A stretch of DNA of 63,156 nucleotides, filler included, from Nemertoderma westbladi (taxonomy: Eukaryota; Animalia; Xenacoelomorpha), in the NCBI GenBank assembly GCA_032718475.1. It is 3 parts of 3 records of this genome, joined end to end, with 100 filler letters (N's around TTAATTAATTAA, not from the genome) between each part and the next. Parts side by side here need not be neighbours in the genome. Positions count along the whole stretch, not along the records: positions 24,934 to 48,506 come from JAUCBJ010001127.1; 2 more parts are not named here. One strand, given 5' to 3'. Every line of letters begins with the position of its first letter. Within the stretch, counting starts at the first letter, position 1. The notes beneath the pieces are model-generated. The model ran no database searches, had not been told where the DNA came from, and was given only the letters and a program-made list of their open reading frames with translations. Positions 34,870 to 48,606 of the stretch are shown one piece after another. Position numbers and translations under genes: made by a program.

Positions 34870-36560
34870 GCAGCTATTTCTATTACTTTACGCGGACGAT
34901 CTGGTACTAATAGCCTCCACACCATAGGACTTACAGAGATCTTTTGATATCTTAGGGGCTTAGTCGGAATACATCGGACATTCGGAGTTAATAAATCTCA
35001 ATCTCAATCAACTAGGGCCTATGGCTGTACGGGTTAAACCGGAAAAAACAAATGTCGTAGTGTTTCTGAGAGGGGGTTCATTGGCGAGAGGAGACAGGTG
35101 GTTTTATAAAGGGGGGAGGGCTGGTGTTGTCTCATACTGGATAGTTATATTACCCGAAAATAACGAAGAAACGAAATTATCAACGAAACTGTCGAAATTA
35201 TAAAACAAGCTACCAAATTGCGGTTTCCAATAAAGATAGGTATACTTTATCTTTTAAGATTAGGTATACTTTAAAAACTTTTAATATAGGTATACTCTAT
35301 TCTTACTTGGCAAGAAGACACACTTTACATTTTTTAATAAATAAAATCCGATAATTTCGTCCCATTTTCGTCCATAAAAGTAATTTAATACCAAATACTG
35401 TCTGCTGGTTGGTTGTTGGGTGTTGACCAACGGCGGCTTGGATGAACCAATTCAGCATCAGCAGGCAGTGCAGTGTACTGGTCAACTGGTGTATTACAAG
35501 GAAGCCGAGCAGTTCTAATGACGTCCATAACTATGACGACGAAATTTACTGCAGGAATGCGTGACCTCCGGTTACAGATGACACTTCCGGCTGAACTCAT
35601 ACACGAACTATTAATTTAACTCGTTGAATCATTAACGTGGTATATATTATAAGTTTAAGTTACACTTGTAATAATTTTGCGATTTATTTAAATATTTACG
35701 AGGGAAATAAAGTAAATAATCAAAAGTATTACAAGGACGGTACAGCCTGAAAGGGTAAAGTTAAAGAAAGGAACCGGTTCGGTCAGCCGGTACCCTAACC
35801 CAACACTGCATACGCATTACGGGGTACGGTACTGTACCTCCGCGTTACAGATGTACACTGTACAGTGACTTCCAGTCAAGTAGCGCAGCGCGGAGAGTGT
35901 GTATTGGGATTATAATTATATTATTATATTCCGAGGTTGCAGTCCTGCAGTCGCAATGCAGTAACTGCAGTAGGCCTACACTCTAACTGTACTGTCCCAT
36001 TTGAGGGCCATCTTGTGGTGTTTTGTCATCATTGGATTACCCCTAATAAACCAATCAACAGAGACAGTATTTGGTATTAAATTACTTTTATGGTCGAAAA
36101 TGGGGCGAAATTATCGGATTTTATTAATAAAAAAATGTAAAAGTGTGTCTTCTAATAATACCGATCTCACTGGAAAGCGAGATTTTATTTACAGTTTTAT
36201 AATTTCGATATTTTCGGGTTTTACAGTATAACTATCCTCTCATACTACAATTAGGCCTATCTGAGAATCACCTTGTCACTTACAAGTAAATTTGCTTGCT
36301 TGCTTGCTTAAATACTGGCATTTTATTAAACTCCCATACTTGTCGTTTGCATGGAAGTAGAAGCTATTTACGATGCTGATTACGCCAATTTTAAATTATG
36401 GTGCCGATGTTTGTGGGTTTCATTCTGGTCCAGCAGTTGAGCGCGTTCACTTCGATTTTTTTGCAATGCCTACTTGAAGTAAAACGGAGCACTCCTGATT
36501 TTGCCGTTTATGGGGAAACTGGGGTTGTGCCTCTCTTTCAGTTTCGCGAAAGCTGCCTAT
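34870..36560 (+). pseudogene. Degenerate L2/CR1-type LINE RT C-terminal remnant, split by a MITE
   Basis: LLYADDLVLIAST (~34886), VKPEKTNVVVF; after the insertion PILNYGADVCGF...LEVKRSTPDFAVYGETG; stops and frameshifts present. Confidence 0.7.
35139..36237. mobile_element. Non-autonomous MULE-like element with long imperfect TIRs and 9-bp TSD
   Basis: Ends GGATAGTTATA / TATAACTATCC; inner inverted arms ~35320-35405 and ~36060-36150; TSD TCTCATACT at 35130-35138 and 36238-36246. Confidence 0.85.
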
Positions 36561-38080
36561 GGGCATGGGCGTCTCAAAATATTAGGGATGCCAAAGTATT
36601 TTAAATAATTAAGGGTAGTTTTAATGGATCAGTTCTTACAAGAGTGGTGCTGGTGGGTGGATATATCAAACTCTTCCAAGGGGCAATATTACGATTAAGA
36701 TAAATTAGGATCAAAAGATAAATTAAATATGTTACAGACGTACCATTTAGAATCGTTCACAAAAATAGTGAGAACTTTGTACATTGAAAAATATTGCACC
36801 AAGAATAATAATACCGTAATACGCTAGACTATAAAGCAGTCGGGTCTTTTGTGAAAAAGACCGTAAAATACTGATTTATCGTTTCTCGTTTTACTTCGAA
36901 ACTTTCAACTCTGAGAACACCCTTCAACTTTGTTACTGCCAAAAATATCGGTGGAAGAATTACGGGCAGTCGCAAGGGCGGAAAATATGGGAACTGAAAC
37001 TATTTTCTCTGTCGGCATCCTTTACCTTTTTGATCAGTAATGACCGATTAGCCAATCGTCTAATTGATTAATTATTATCTTTCGAGATTGGTGAATTCTA
37101 GAGTTAATTATCACCTCTCGTCAGGTGACGGTTTTACAGAGTTTTCTAAAGAATATGTTTCTCGTAGGCCTTGTGTAACTTAGATGACTGCCTTTGTTAC
37201 GGGTTCATAAGGTCACGGTGGAACCCCTTTGCTATGTCTTGGTTGAAGAGATGCCTTTTAATGTTTGCCGTTTGATTGGTTAACGTCCATCAGATCATTT
37301 TATTAGAACCAATAAAATAAATTTTTTGGCCGTGCTCCGCCCGAGTGAATGTTACTTCAATGAACATCACCCTGTAATCTGTCAATAGTGGTTCTTGGAT
37401 GCGGCAATAATTACACTGTAAACACTTTGTATTAAACGAATCCCGAGGGAGTGAGTAATGATATAAATAAATATCCAAAAAGGCTCCAAAACTCGACTGC
37501 AGTTGTAATGTATATCCCTAAAGCCCCAACGATGTGTGAGTGGTAAACTACCCGTTGACAGGTAGTTTGGTAAAAGTGTTCTTTACAAAGGACGCCTTGG
37601 TTTGGACCCAATGGTTGGACTAGCGGTACTGAGACTGTAAGCCAGCGGTGAGTAAGCGGAGTCTGTTCACCTCCAGGGGAAATTCGACGCAAATAACAGC
37701 TGATTACTCTCAAAAATAAACTGTAACCTGTTCTATTGTGTTTAGTTTATTGTTTTGGTTAAAATAACGTGCCACTGTAACCTGCTCCTTTCCCTAAATT
37801 GAGAATTTAACATTGAGGCGCGATATTAATTCGCCAAAATGGGAATTGCGTCCACCCCCCCCCCCCCCCCCCCCCCCTGGTTGAGGTTCATTAATTACTT
37901 GACATTTCAAGAAAAAGTGAAATTATCCGACTATACCCAAGTGAGTTGTAACATTAATAAAAATAAAAAACAGAAATAAAACTCAATCTGGACGTTTATC
38001 GTCATATACACGAGGTAATAGTTAGAAAATCGAAATCACTAAGAACTGTAAATTAATTGGTCTTCTTGCTAGTCTATTAA

Positions 38081-41000
38081 TAGTCTGGTCGATTTAGGAG
38101 CAATTTTAGGTGTACCCGGAAAAAAATGTTACCAAGCCAAATTTGGTATAATTAGAAGCGCAAATTTATGCTCTTTAAGAATATCGAAAGTCCTCCGCAG
38201 CATACCTCGGGCAAATTTTTTTATAGCCATTTTCGTGAACCCTATCCATAAGTAAAATCAATTCAAATTTACTTGATCTTCACTTGGAATATTTCATCGT
38301 TGCTAAGAGACAATGTAATATTTCATATTCTTATCTGTTAATTACATACATAATTGTATACATAATATAGACTGAAATTTACCGGTGTTAGCTAGTAGTT
38401 TACCCCACTCACGCCTGGTTGCTGGCGTTATATTGGTTCCAAGGAAAGCAAAGCTTGAATTTGATCTATTATTTTTATTATTACGCTCTCCAAACTTAGT
38501 AATGAGTTAGATCTGGGGTCTAGTTATGCATGGCTGACTCATCAACTGAACATACTGTAAGGGACATGCCTATCAAAAGACTCGACTGGCTTGTATGCAC
38601 ACTAGTTAGACACTGAAAATATAATGGGGTATGGTAAATCATATATTATATTATGGTATGATAAACATCATCTCAACATTTCACAATAAAAAATTTCGTT
38701 CTTTCGTCACTTTCGGGCACCGGTAGAACACTTAGCTATTATGGTAGCTAGGTAATTTTTCAAAAAATTCAATATTAATTTTTTTAAATGCAAATATTTC
38801 ATGATTAAATTATTCCTCGACATCGATGCAACATTAAATAATCAAAATATTATATTCTGGAACACTGTTGTGGCAGCTAGTAAAAATTTGTCAAAACCTA
38901 ATAGGCAATTATTTTAGTAAGTTTAAATTTTAATAAGTTAGTAGTAAGTAAGTTTTGTAAGTTTTCTAATGCAAATGTTATACTTGGAAATACATTATAA
39001 AGTGATTCTGTCATGTTTTCTTTCTGTTTTAGAAAATGTTCTACAAATTAAGTATAATTTATTATAATTATTTTATTATTAAGTATAATATAATTTATTA
39101 AATTTATAATGGTAGCTAGTATTTTTTTACTAGCTAGTATTTATTGAAATTATAAAAAAATTTCAAAAAATTGATATTTCAGGTTTAAACTACAACAGGA
39201 TAACCAAAAGTTTACAGTTTATATTAATTTTTTTTAATTACAAAAATTACTAGCTAGTAAAAAATAACACTACAGTAGCTACCATAAAAAACATATCTAC
39301 GAATTTTATAGACCATTCAACAAAACCAAAAAACCGTTAAAAAACACTAGTAAAGGAATGGTGAAAAAATGGCAGGGGGTGTCGACAGGACAAAGTAGGG
39401 ACCCTTTTTGCTTTACTAGTGCCCATGGATCTCTTTTTGAGGAACATTTACACATGAATTAACTACATAAAATCTGTAGTGATGAAACATGATATCTTGG
39501 ATACAGTCCACACCAATGTCAAAAAATGAATAATAAAAATAATTTATAATTTGAAATCTAATGGTCCATGAATGTATATTTTTCTTTTGATATACCAGTA
39601 CAGTAGCAATATTTTATATTAATATTACAAATGAACATGGAAGAAGAAAGCAAAATTTAATGGAATTTAATTTAATTTAATTCAAATTTGAGCTCACTCC
39701 TTTTCCAACTTCATTATTCAAGGTTTCTCAAATGCGAAAAACAAACAAAGCGGTTCTAGCACATCACCTTACTGCTGGTATTCCAGAAACCCATTCACCA
39801 GAACATGCTTCACATGTTTTAGATGGTGGTGCTCTACTTCACAGGGTACGGTGGCTACCAAAAGGTATGTACAGAGATATAGTTGCTCAATATCTGAAAT
39901 ATATAGAAGCAAAGTATGGCCCATCCAACATTGTTTTTGATGGATACAATGCGGGCCCATCAATAAAAGACCAAGAACATCAGCGACGGGCAAGGAAACC
40001 ATCTGCCAACATTCAAATTCGTGATGACTTGCAAGTAGCTGTCCCTCAGAATCTGTTTTTGTACAATGAGAAGAATAAAGATCAGTTGATAAAGATGTTG
40101 TCTCGCCTCTTTACAGCAAATGGACACTCGGTAGTTCAAAGTGAAGGCGATGCTGATACAGATATTGTCTTTGAAGCACTGCGATTGGCTGCCAAAGGAG
40201 ACACTGTGATTGTGGAAGCTGATGACACCGATGTTCTTGTTCTTTTGCTGTACCATTGGTGTCCAGACATGGCTGACGTATATTTTCATTCTGACAGAAA
40301 GCGGTTGAAAGGCAAGGATGCAACTCTGGTTCGAATTCGAGACATATGTAGTAGAAAAATTTAGCTCAGATGTAATCCATAATCTACTTGTAATTCACGC
40401 TTGGGGTGGATGTGACTCAACTTCTGCAATATTTGGGTATGGAAAATGTGAGCTAATTAAACTCATTCACAGATCACAAGAGATCCTTCGCTGTTGTGAA
40501 ACGATAAATAATGAAAATTCTTTACAAACCGATGTTGCGAGTGCAGGGCAAAAGATATTTAATAAAATGTATTCCGGAAAACCTGGGGATTCACTTGATA
40601 CACTCAGATATATCCGATATGTGGAGTTTACTGCGACATCAACCAAGAAGTTGCAACCTGATCGACTTCCCCCGACTGAACGAGCAGCCTTATTCCACTC
40701 CCTTCGCGTTCACCTGCAAGTTGTTGTTTGGAAGAGTCTTGGGAAGTGTCTACTGGATCCTTGCCAGTGGGGGTGGGAGGTGAAGAATGACAAGTATATA
40801 CCTGTAATGACGGATTTAGATCCTGCTCCAGAGGAAATTCTCAATTTTATAAGATGTAAGTGTAAGATCTCGTCGAGAAATTGCTGTGGCACAAAGCTAT
40901 GTTCTTGTCGAAAACACGGGCTGACATGTGTAACTGCTTGCAGTGACTGCCGAGCAACTGATTGCAGTAATATCACCCAAGTCGTGCTAGACCAAGAAGG

Positions 41001-41942
41001 ATAAGCGGACGAATATGAAGATGGTACAGTACAGCGTTCTATAGTTCTGGATAGATACTTTTATAATGGCTGAAATATTTTTTTAAGACAAATTATTAAA
41101 TTTTATTATTATAATATTAACAATTAATATTAACAAAAATACCATATTTTTACTATTAACTCTTTTCTAATAACATTATTATATTTATTTTTCTATTTTA
41201 TTAACAATCATTATTTATAAATAACATTAATTGTTTATTTAAGTAACATTAATTATTACAGGTATGGTTTAATAAACGGTGTATAGATACAATTGTTCCA
41301 CTAATAAAGGGTGATATTATTTATTATAATAACTTTGGTTCATGATATACTCTAGGTATAATATACAATTTTCAATATTTATAATATAAATTGATAATAT
41401 TTAATAATTATTATATTTTAGGTTTAATAAACTATCATTCCTTAATTTATTAATATTAATAGCGGGGATAGGAGTTACCATGGTAGGAGTAGGGGTGGTC
41501 CCTTTGCCTTAAGATGGCGACAACGATGGTTGATATGGTGAATCTACCGGTTGCCATAGTAACTGAGACTTGAAAATTTTATCAATGAATTTTCCATAGT
41601 CGATATAGTGGGATTAGGAGTTGGTCCCGTTGCCTCAAGATGGCCAAATCGATGGTTGATATGGTGAATCTACCGGTTGCCATGGTAACTGAGAATTTAA
41701 ATTATGTTCAATGAATTCTCCGTTGGCGATATAGTGGGGGTAGGAGCTAGCCCAGTTGCTTTAAATGTAATTATATATATTCTTATATCGGTTGCTATGG
41801 AAATGGGATTTGTGAGAGTTGCCCACCCCATTGAAGAGAGGACTTTTCAGATTTCGAAAGCGGGGATCCTAGCGATTCGAACCATACCAAATATAGCTTG
41901 GTAACATTTTTTTCCGGGTACATTGTCTTATCGACCAGACTA
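38081..41942 (+). mobile_element. Internally deleted Academ-type DNA transposon
   Basis: TIRs TAGTCTGGTCGAT...TGTACCCGGAAAAAAATGTTACCAAGC and inverse; 3-bp TSD TAA on both sides; carries an XPG/PIN-like + Cys-rich ORF remnant. Confidence 0.8.
39732..41004 (+). pseudogene. Academ protein C-terminal fragment (XPG/PIN-like nuclease + Cys-rich finger), one frameshift near 40355
   Basis: LDGGALLH, VFDGY...SIKDQEH.RR, GDADTDIV, DDTDVLVLL, GCDSTS, LPPT...H..R...Q...W, CKCK...CCG...CSCRKHGLTCVTACSDC. Confidence 0.8.
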
Positions 41943-42013
41943 TAACAAATCTTTGGAAAAATTATACCAAAGTACACCATGACCCGTAATATAGTGTCAT
42001 TTTCTGAGGCTAG

Positions 42014-42626
42014 AGTTCCGTATGCAGTCGCATTTGATATTAAGTAATGAAATGATGTACTTATTGCATATTATTATCACCACTACTGTTTCATTGTAAC
42101 ATTTTTCAAAAAAAATATTGTGTTCTAGAACATTAGCTAATCGAATAGCTAGTAATTTTTCAAAACATGATATATTATATATTAACATTTTTTTTTAATT
42201 TCTAAAAATACTGAAATTTTTTGGTGTTCTAGAACATTAGTAGATATGTTTTTTTATGGTAGCTAGTGTTTTTTTACTAGATAGTATTTTTTTTAATTAT
42301 TAAAAAATGTGAAAACATCGATATTTCATATTTAAACTGTTGCAGAATATATTAATGAATGAGGAATATGAGTGAATATATTGAGGATATTATAGCAGTT
42401 TACATTTTTTGCATGGTAACAATTATTTATGTTAAAAAATGTAGTTTTTTTTTATTACTAGCCTTTTTAAATTTGAAAAATGACTAGCTATATTTTCTAG
42501 AACATTACATTTTTTTGTTTATTCATTTTCTAGAATAGTGTATAACAATTATATTTGGTTCTAGAATTCTACAATGTTGCCATAACAATGATTTATGTTA
42601 TAAAAATGCGACTGCATACGGAACTG
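42014..42626. mobile_element. Probable MITE (22-bp inverted repeats)
   Basis: AGTTCCGTATGCAGTCGCATTT / AAATGCGACTGCATACGGAACT; TSD not resolved. Confidence 0.5.
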
Positions 42627-42921
42627 TACGGAGCTAGAGTTCCTTTATCATATTGCTTGAAATTTGAAACTGGAACACCGGAATTTTCGATTTCGACTTT
42701 AAATTTTTTTTTATAAGTGTTTAAAAAGGTATCTTTGGCGAAATCGCACCCTACGTATCGTGGCCATTCTTCAATTTAGTCGTAATTTTTTCATATCAAT
42801 AGAAAGCTTACGTTGAAAGGATTCCAAATATGTAACAATATCTGAATTTCGTTGAGAAACAGCTGAGATATAGGCGTACAAAGATTGCAAGAAGTATTGT
42901 TCGTTGTAGGCCATTTATTCT

Positions 42922-43145
42922 GGGTCAGAGTAAAACACGGATCCGGATCCAGATTCTACATTTAACATTGTCCCTACGGAAGTCGATTTTTTTACATTTT
43001 TATAACTCCCAAAAATAAAACTATAACATGTTCTATTGACTTTAGTTTATTGTTTTGGTTAAAATAACGTGCCACTGTAACCTGCTCCTTTCCCTTAATT
43101 GATAATTTTGGATTCCGGATCCGGATCCGCGTTTTACACCTACCC
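42922..43145. mobile_element. 224-bp MULE-like MITE with 9-bp TSD
   Basis: TIRs GGGTCAGAGTAAAACACGGATCCGGATCC / GGATCCGGATCCGCGTTTTACACCTACCC; TSD ATTTATTCT at 42913-42921 and 43146-43154. Confidence 0.8.
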
Positions 43146-43299
43146 ATTTATTCTACTGTATCTAATAAATACACAATTCAATTCAATGTATTTAATCAGA
43201 TAAACTGACATATAAAAAAAATAAACTGTAAAAATGCGGTTACTAGAATCGCACAGACAACGTTAAGAATAAATAAAATCAATGTTCACAGTTAATAAA

Positions 43300-45200
43300 C
43301 GATTTAGCCAATGCAATGTAGTAGTAGCAAAAGGTGCATTGTGGGGTTTAATATTATTACTCAGGAGCAATGTATATGTGCCTGGAAAAGTACTCTATGA
43401 TTGTCGAGTGTTTCGTTTCAAAATTTACGCCCGCCGTATCATAAATCTCCTTTATAAAGTTTTCGCTTGCTACTTCTTTAATAGAGAGCGATCCATTTTT
43501 GATGTTTTCTAAAACTGTTTTGCTGTATTTGGATTGTAGTATGGATTTCAGCGATGGGCAGGGGAAATAGTTCAAACATTTCCCAAATGTTGAAGCCAAG
43601 CCTTGGTAATTTAGGGACGTAAGTTTTGAGGTGTTGATCTGCAAAATGTTGATCTGCAAAGTGAAAAATTAGATTGTATAGTATCACCGGTTTTGCGTAA
43701 GAGTTCCATAAAGTATAGCCAGGTCATTCACATTTAGGTATTTTGTACTCCAGCCAGTTCGATGAAATATTTCAGACATCACTGTGATTAAATTTATATA
43801 TATCTTTTTCTGTAGCACTGATTTTGTAGCCTAGAAATTTAATGGATTTTGAGGTTGCAGTTAAGTTACCATTGATGGTCAGAAATGGGGGCGCATTTCG
43901 AGACTTGTTTTTAGATGTAAGCTTACTTTTAATGGCTGTCCATTTGGTTTTTTGATGCTCATGATGAGAGAAAACTTTCGCGAAGACACAAATTTTAACT
44001 TATTGGCCGGTAAGATTGTCCAAGGTTAGAATTTTTGTCTTTACCTTTATAGATGCATGAGACTGCAGTGTTACCAAATTGTAATGGTTGCTGGCCAATA
44101 GTTAGGGCACTTTCCAGGATTTTCCTTATGTGCTCACATATCGTCTCACAATCAACGTTGAACAGATGTCATATAGTCAGTCCTTAACAGTCTGGCGATT
44201 TCCCTTTTGAAAGAGACAAGATAGCTCGATGAATCCATAGTGTTGATATAGATGGGGTCGGTGTACTACAGCATAGTTCATTTACTTTATCGTTAATGTC
44301 ATTTATGGTCTGGGAGTCTGCAACTGATGGACTCCCCAATTTATCAATAAAGAAAGTGCGAACCGTCTCTTGAACTTCCGTTGGGGACGTTGGTGGGGTT
44401 TTACTCGTAGTTGAGAAGAACTCCCAAAAATGTTTTGGATCATTAACCCTTTTGCTACAAAATGATAATAGTAGTCTATTACTATTAAAGTGGTTACGTA
44501 GACGTCTGGTTGCTTTTTTGGATTCACGGAAGGCTGAGTGTAGATTCTTTGCGTCTGTCGCGTCTTTGTTATGTAGGTGCATCAATGCACTATGAAGCCT
44601 TTTTGTGGTTCGTGAGTATTCGTGCAATTTTGTGTTCCGAATTCGAATGTTCTTGGTTTATATATGCACATGAGATTGTTTGATATATTTTTCTGCTGTC
44701 TTGCAGGATCTTAGTCAGTGAGTGCATGTACTGTATCTGTTTAGCAACTCAAAATTCCACGAAGAAGGGGTTGGTGGGAATTCTTGTTCTAGAATGTGGC
44801 GTTTATTTAGGACCGTTGATTTATACTCTCTTTTGTTAAATTTGTAGTAGATGTACGCGCACATAGGAAAATGGTTGCTTGCTTCCATGATTTCCTGTTT
44901 TTTCGTATTGTTCTGGATCTGGATATTAGGTAGCTGGATGCATCCGATTACTGAGTGCGTGATCAGAGTGGTTCAATGAGTGGTTATAATTAGCAACATA
45001 GTCTGTTACAAAGAGTGGTAAAGCAGTCTGGTTGACAATAATGTGGTTTAGTTCATGTTCTAACAGTTCTTTCGCTTCAAGGTCATTAAGCCAGTGTTCC
45101 TGAAGACCTACAATGTCAAATTTAAGGATATTTTCCAATAAATAGTTGGTGTTTCCCTTGTAGCCACGACAGTTAATTGTTGCACATTTAATTTCTTGTT
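43300..45200 (-). pseudogene. Degenerate LINE ORF2 remnant (APE endonuclease and linker)
   Basis: NVATINCRGYKGN...FDIVGLQEHWL, SDH, KHFWEFF, IHRAILSLSKGKSPDC; fragmented by stops and deletions. Confidence 0.65.
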
Positions 45201-45616
45201 GTTTGTCGGTATTATGCTATGATTTTTTAATTCCTAAAAAATTTAAAGGCAAAATCGAAAATTCCGGCTTCATGGGGTCATCGACGGTGAATGGAACTAA
45301 TTGTGTTCCAAATTTCAAGCAATATGATAAAGATTTGTAGAAAAATCTGTGGGGGGGGGGGGGGGGGGGGGTCCGTGTCATCAGAAAATGACACTATATT
45401 ACGACGGGACAAGGGGACATGCTGTAATTATGATGGAATTATATTGTATATATATTCTAAACCAAAACCAATATTTCTAAAATTATCGTCATTATTATTA
45501 TTATTATATATTTACATAAACAACAGACGCAAAAATTAATAATATAACACATTTAGCTTGAAATGCTTTCATTCATTTCACTTGCACCGAATATTAAGCA
45601 CAAAAGTAATCTAAAA

Positions 45617-45790
45617 ACTGTAAAGTAAATCCATATACTGTAAAGTAAATCCATATACTGTAAAGTAAATCCATATACTGTAAAGTAAATACATATACTG
45701 TAAAGTAAATCCATATACTGTAAAGTAAATCCATATACTGTAAAGTAAATCCATATACTGTAAAGTAAATCCATATACTGTAAAGTAAAT
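45617..45790. repeat. 20-bp minisatellite (ACTGTAAAGTAAATCCATAT)n
   Basis: About 8.5 near-perfect copies. Confidence 0.95.
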
Positions 45791-48323
45791 TAAGTTAACC
45801 AACATCGGAAACCAATAAAGGATCACGAAGGACATACAAATATAACGGTTACCCTTTCTGCTGATACGGATATCCAAATCTTTCCTAAAACGCCTATTTT
45901 AAAATATAACGTATATTTAGCGTATAAAATATTTAATAGTATGCAATATCCTATCGTTAATAGAAAATCATTGCCACAATATTATGCTAATCATTAGCAA
46001 ACTCGAGTTCTAAGTAGTGTAGTGTTGCTATGGTTACGTATTTATAATATATTCAAATATACTCTCATAACACTGTAATAAGTAAAAGGTCATGAAAAGA
46101 AATTTTACAATATATATTTTAATCTAATCATTAAAGACAAAGTTAAAAATTATAAGTCCCTAATGGCGTTGTAATTTATAAGATATGTTGAAAAATTTGG
46201 CGATAATTACTGCCAGATAGTATCACAGTATGGATCACCAGTATAGTTGAAATAATATGTCTCTGGAAGTCAAAAATACACAAAATGCTGAAAAAATTCG
46301 TAAAAATCTATTATCTATTAATATAAATATTGAACAACATTATAAGAATTATGAACGTTGTTTAAGTCGAGTTGGTGTTAAAATAAATTCATATTGTATT
46401 TTCAAGAATCACGTATTGCAGGATGCTTGACATAGTGAATTGGTACAACCCGTACTAGAGTTGGTTGAAATTATATATAAATAAATAACCTGAGATCTGT
46501 GACTGGAATTAGCTAAACCTGTGCAGATGGGGGGGGGGGGGGGACTATTGACGCAATCAAAATTCATCCCCAACCAGTGGAAAATATTTTAACATTGAGA
46601 CGAGATATTAATTCGCCGAGATGGGATTTGCGCCAAGACTCCCGCTCCCGCCCCCTGTGTCTACCTGTGACGAAAATTATTGCTTAATTGAAGATGCAGT
46701 GACAGCAGTTAACCCACAAAATACGATAAATCGAAATTATCACTTCACATAACAAAGTTTAAAAAGCGCAACGTTGCATTTCATCAAAGAGTGACTGACT
46801 GAGTTATTAACCTTCAAGTGTTAGGGGACAAACAAACATACAGACCACCGATAGACATACAACGGTAGAAACAGCGGTACAGGTATCCTAGACTCGCTTA
46901 ATCTGTCGCTCACCACGCATGCACGCACACACATAACGTACCTCAGTGTAGTGAATCATTCGAAAGATAATAACATTCTGAAATATCACGAAAAATTAAT
47001 TTGCCATAAATTGTGTAGAAGTCGAACAAGCGATTATTTAATTATACTTGATTATTTTTACAACGTGTGGCTAAACAGCCATATTTCAAGGGTTACTGTA
47101 ATAAAATGTCTGACTGTTGCAATAACGTAGAGTATTTAGGAAGTTATTTAAGGACATAGAGTTTAATCGACCTCGATAAAAACTCTAATACAAATACTAG
47201 AAGTTCAGCGCAAACAACCACATGTTTGTATATGTTCTACAAAGAATGACTCACATATACTTTTGATAAAGATACTATTGAAATTTTTTTCATGCAAGCT
47301 GAAAGTTCAGAATTATATAATTTTTCGAATGGTGCAATACACTAAAGTCTGACAGTCTTGTATGGCCCGGGGGGGGGGGGGGGGGGAGTGTAATGGAACA
47401 ATTCCGGCCGCAAATATATATATAATATAATGAAACATTAACTGAATAACACAATTCAGATCCACACAATTTAGTACAACGTATAACGAAAAATACGAGG
47501 ATCTCCATTACCTGTGTCTAGTGACGAAATAATTGCATAGATAATAAAAAAATTATTTAAAAATCTACAAAATACATAAGGCGTGGAATTGAGATATTAC
47601 TTAACATAGGGTCGAAGGAGTCATAACAAACCAATAGTAAGATGTGGCGGAGACAAAGCGATAAATTATTTGGTACCGTATCAGGTCAATGGCAATTATT
47701 GTGGTGTGAACAAAGATCTATCTGGGATCTATGCGACATATTAAGATAATAGTTTTGCAAAATTTCTTTACGTAATATTGTAATGCCCATAATACAATCT
47801 GCTATCAAAGTAATTCCATAAGGATGGCATTTTTTGTAAACATATTTTATAAAAGGATACAATTTCATAAACCTGCTAAAAATATGATGATCACTTATGT
47901 ACCATATTTATTCACTGACCAGAACCAGAACAAATTCAATATTCAGTGCCAAACAAACACAAAGACAGACACGCGCTACATTGGAAATATTCCAGTCAAA
48001 CTATCTTAACAACAAAACAAATTGCATTCAAACATTAATCTTATTCAACATTCAAGTCATTTTGGATTCTTTATGATCTTGGTAATAATACTCCAAAAAA
48101 GTAAAAAAATATATTGCGCAATTCAAATAGGGCCCAGTTATTTAAGGGAAATTCTACAGAGATTGGCCAAGTCTCACCCTGGCTTAATGTAGAAGCAGTG
48201 GTCGTCTGTGCTGGGTTCGAGGGGTCAGAGAAGTTTCAGTTCGGCAATAATGTCTTCAATTTTCCAGTCATGGCTCTTATCTCTTCCTTGCATCAATTGT
48301 AAGTAGAACTAAATGTTCATTTT

Positions 48324-48506
48324 GGGAGTATAGTTCGGGATCGGAGGGACCGCACACAGTTCAGTTAGGGGGGGGGGGGGGGGGAGGGACCGTACACAGT
48401 TAGGGGGGGGGGGGGGGGGGGAGGGAGTATAGTTCGGGATCGGAGGGACCGCACACAGTTAGGGGGTGGGGGGGGGGGGGGGGAGTATAGTTCGGGATCG
48501 GAGGGA
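48324..48506. repeat. G-tract tandem repeat running into the gap
   Basis: GGGAGTATAGTTCGGGATCGGAGGGACCGCACACAGTTAG(G)n about three times. Confidence 0.8.
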
Positions 48507-48606
48507 NNNNNNNNNNNNNNNNNNNNNNNNNNNNNNNNNNNNNNNNNNNNTTAATTAATTAANNNNNNNNNNNNNNNNNNNNNNNNNNNNNNNNNNNNNN
48601 NNNNNN
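48507..48606. other. Artificial contig/scaffold spacer
   Basis: N44-TTAATTAATTAA-N44. Confidence 0.97.

Noticed and set aside
45553-45877. Repetitive minus-strand ORFs
   Set aside because: Translations of the 20-bp minisatellite.
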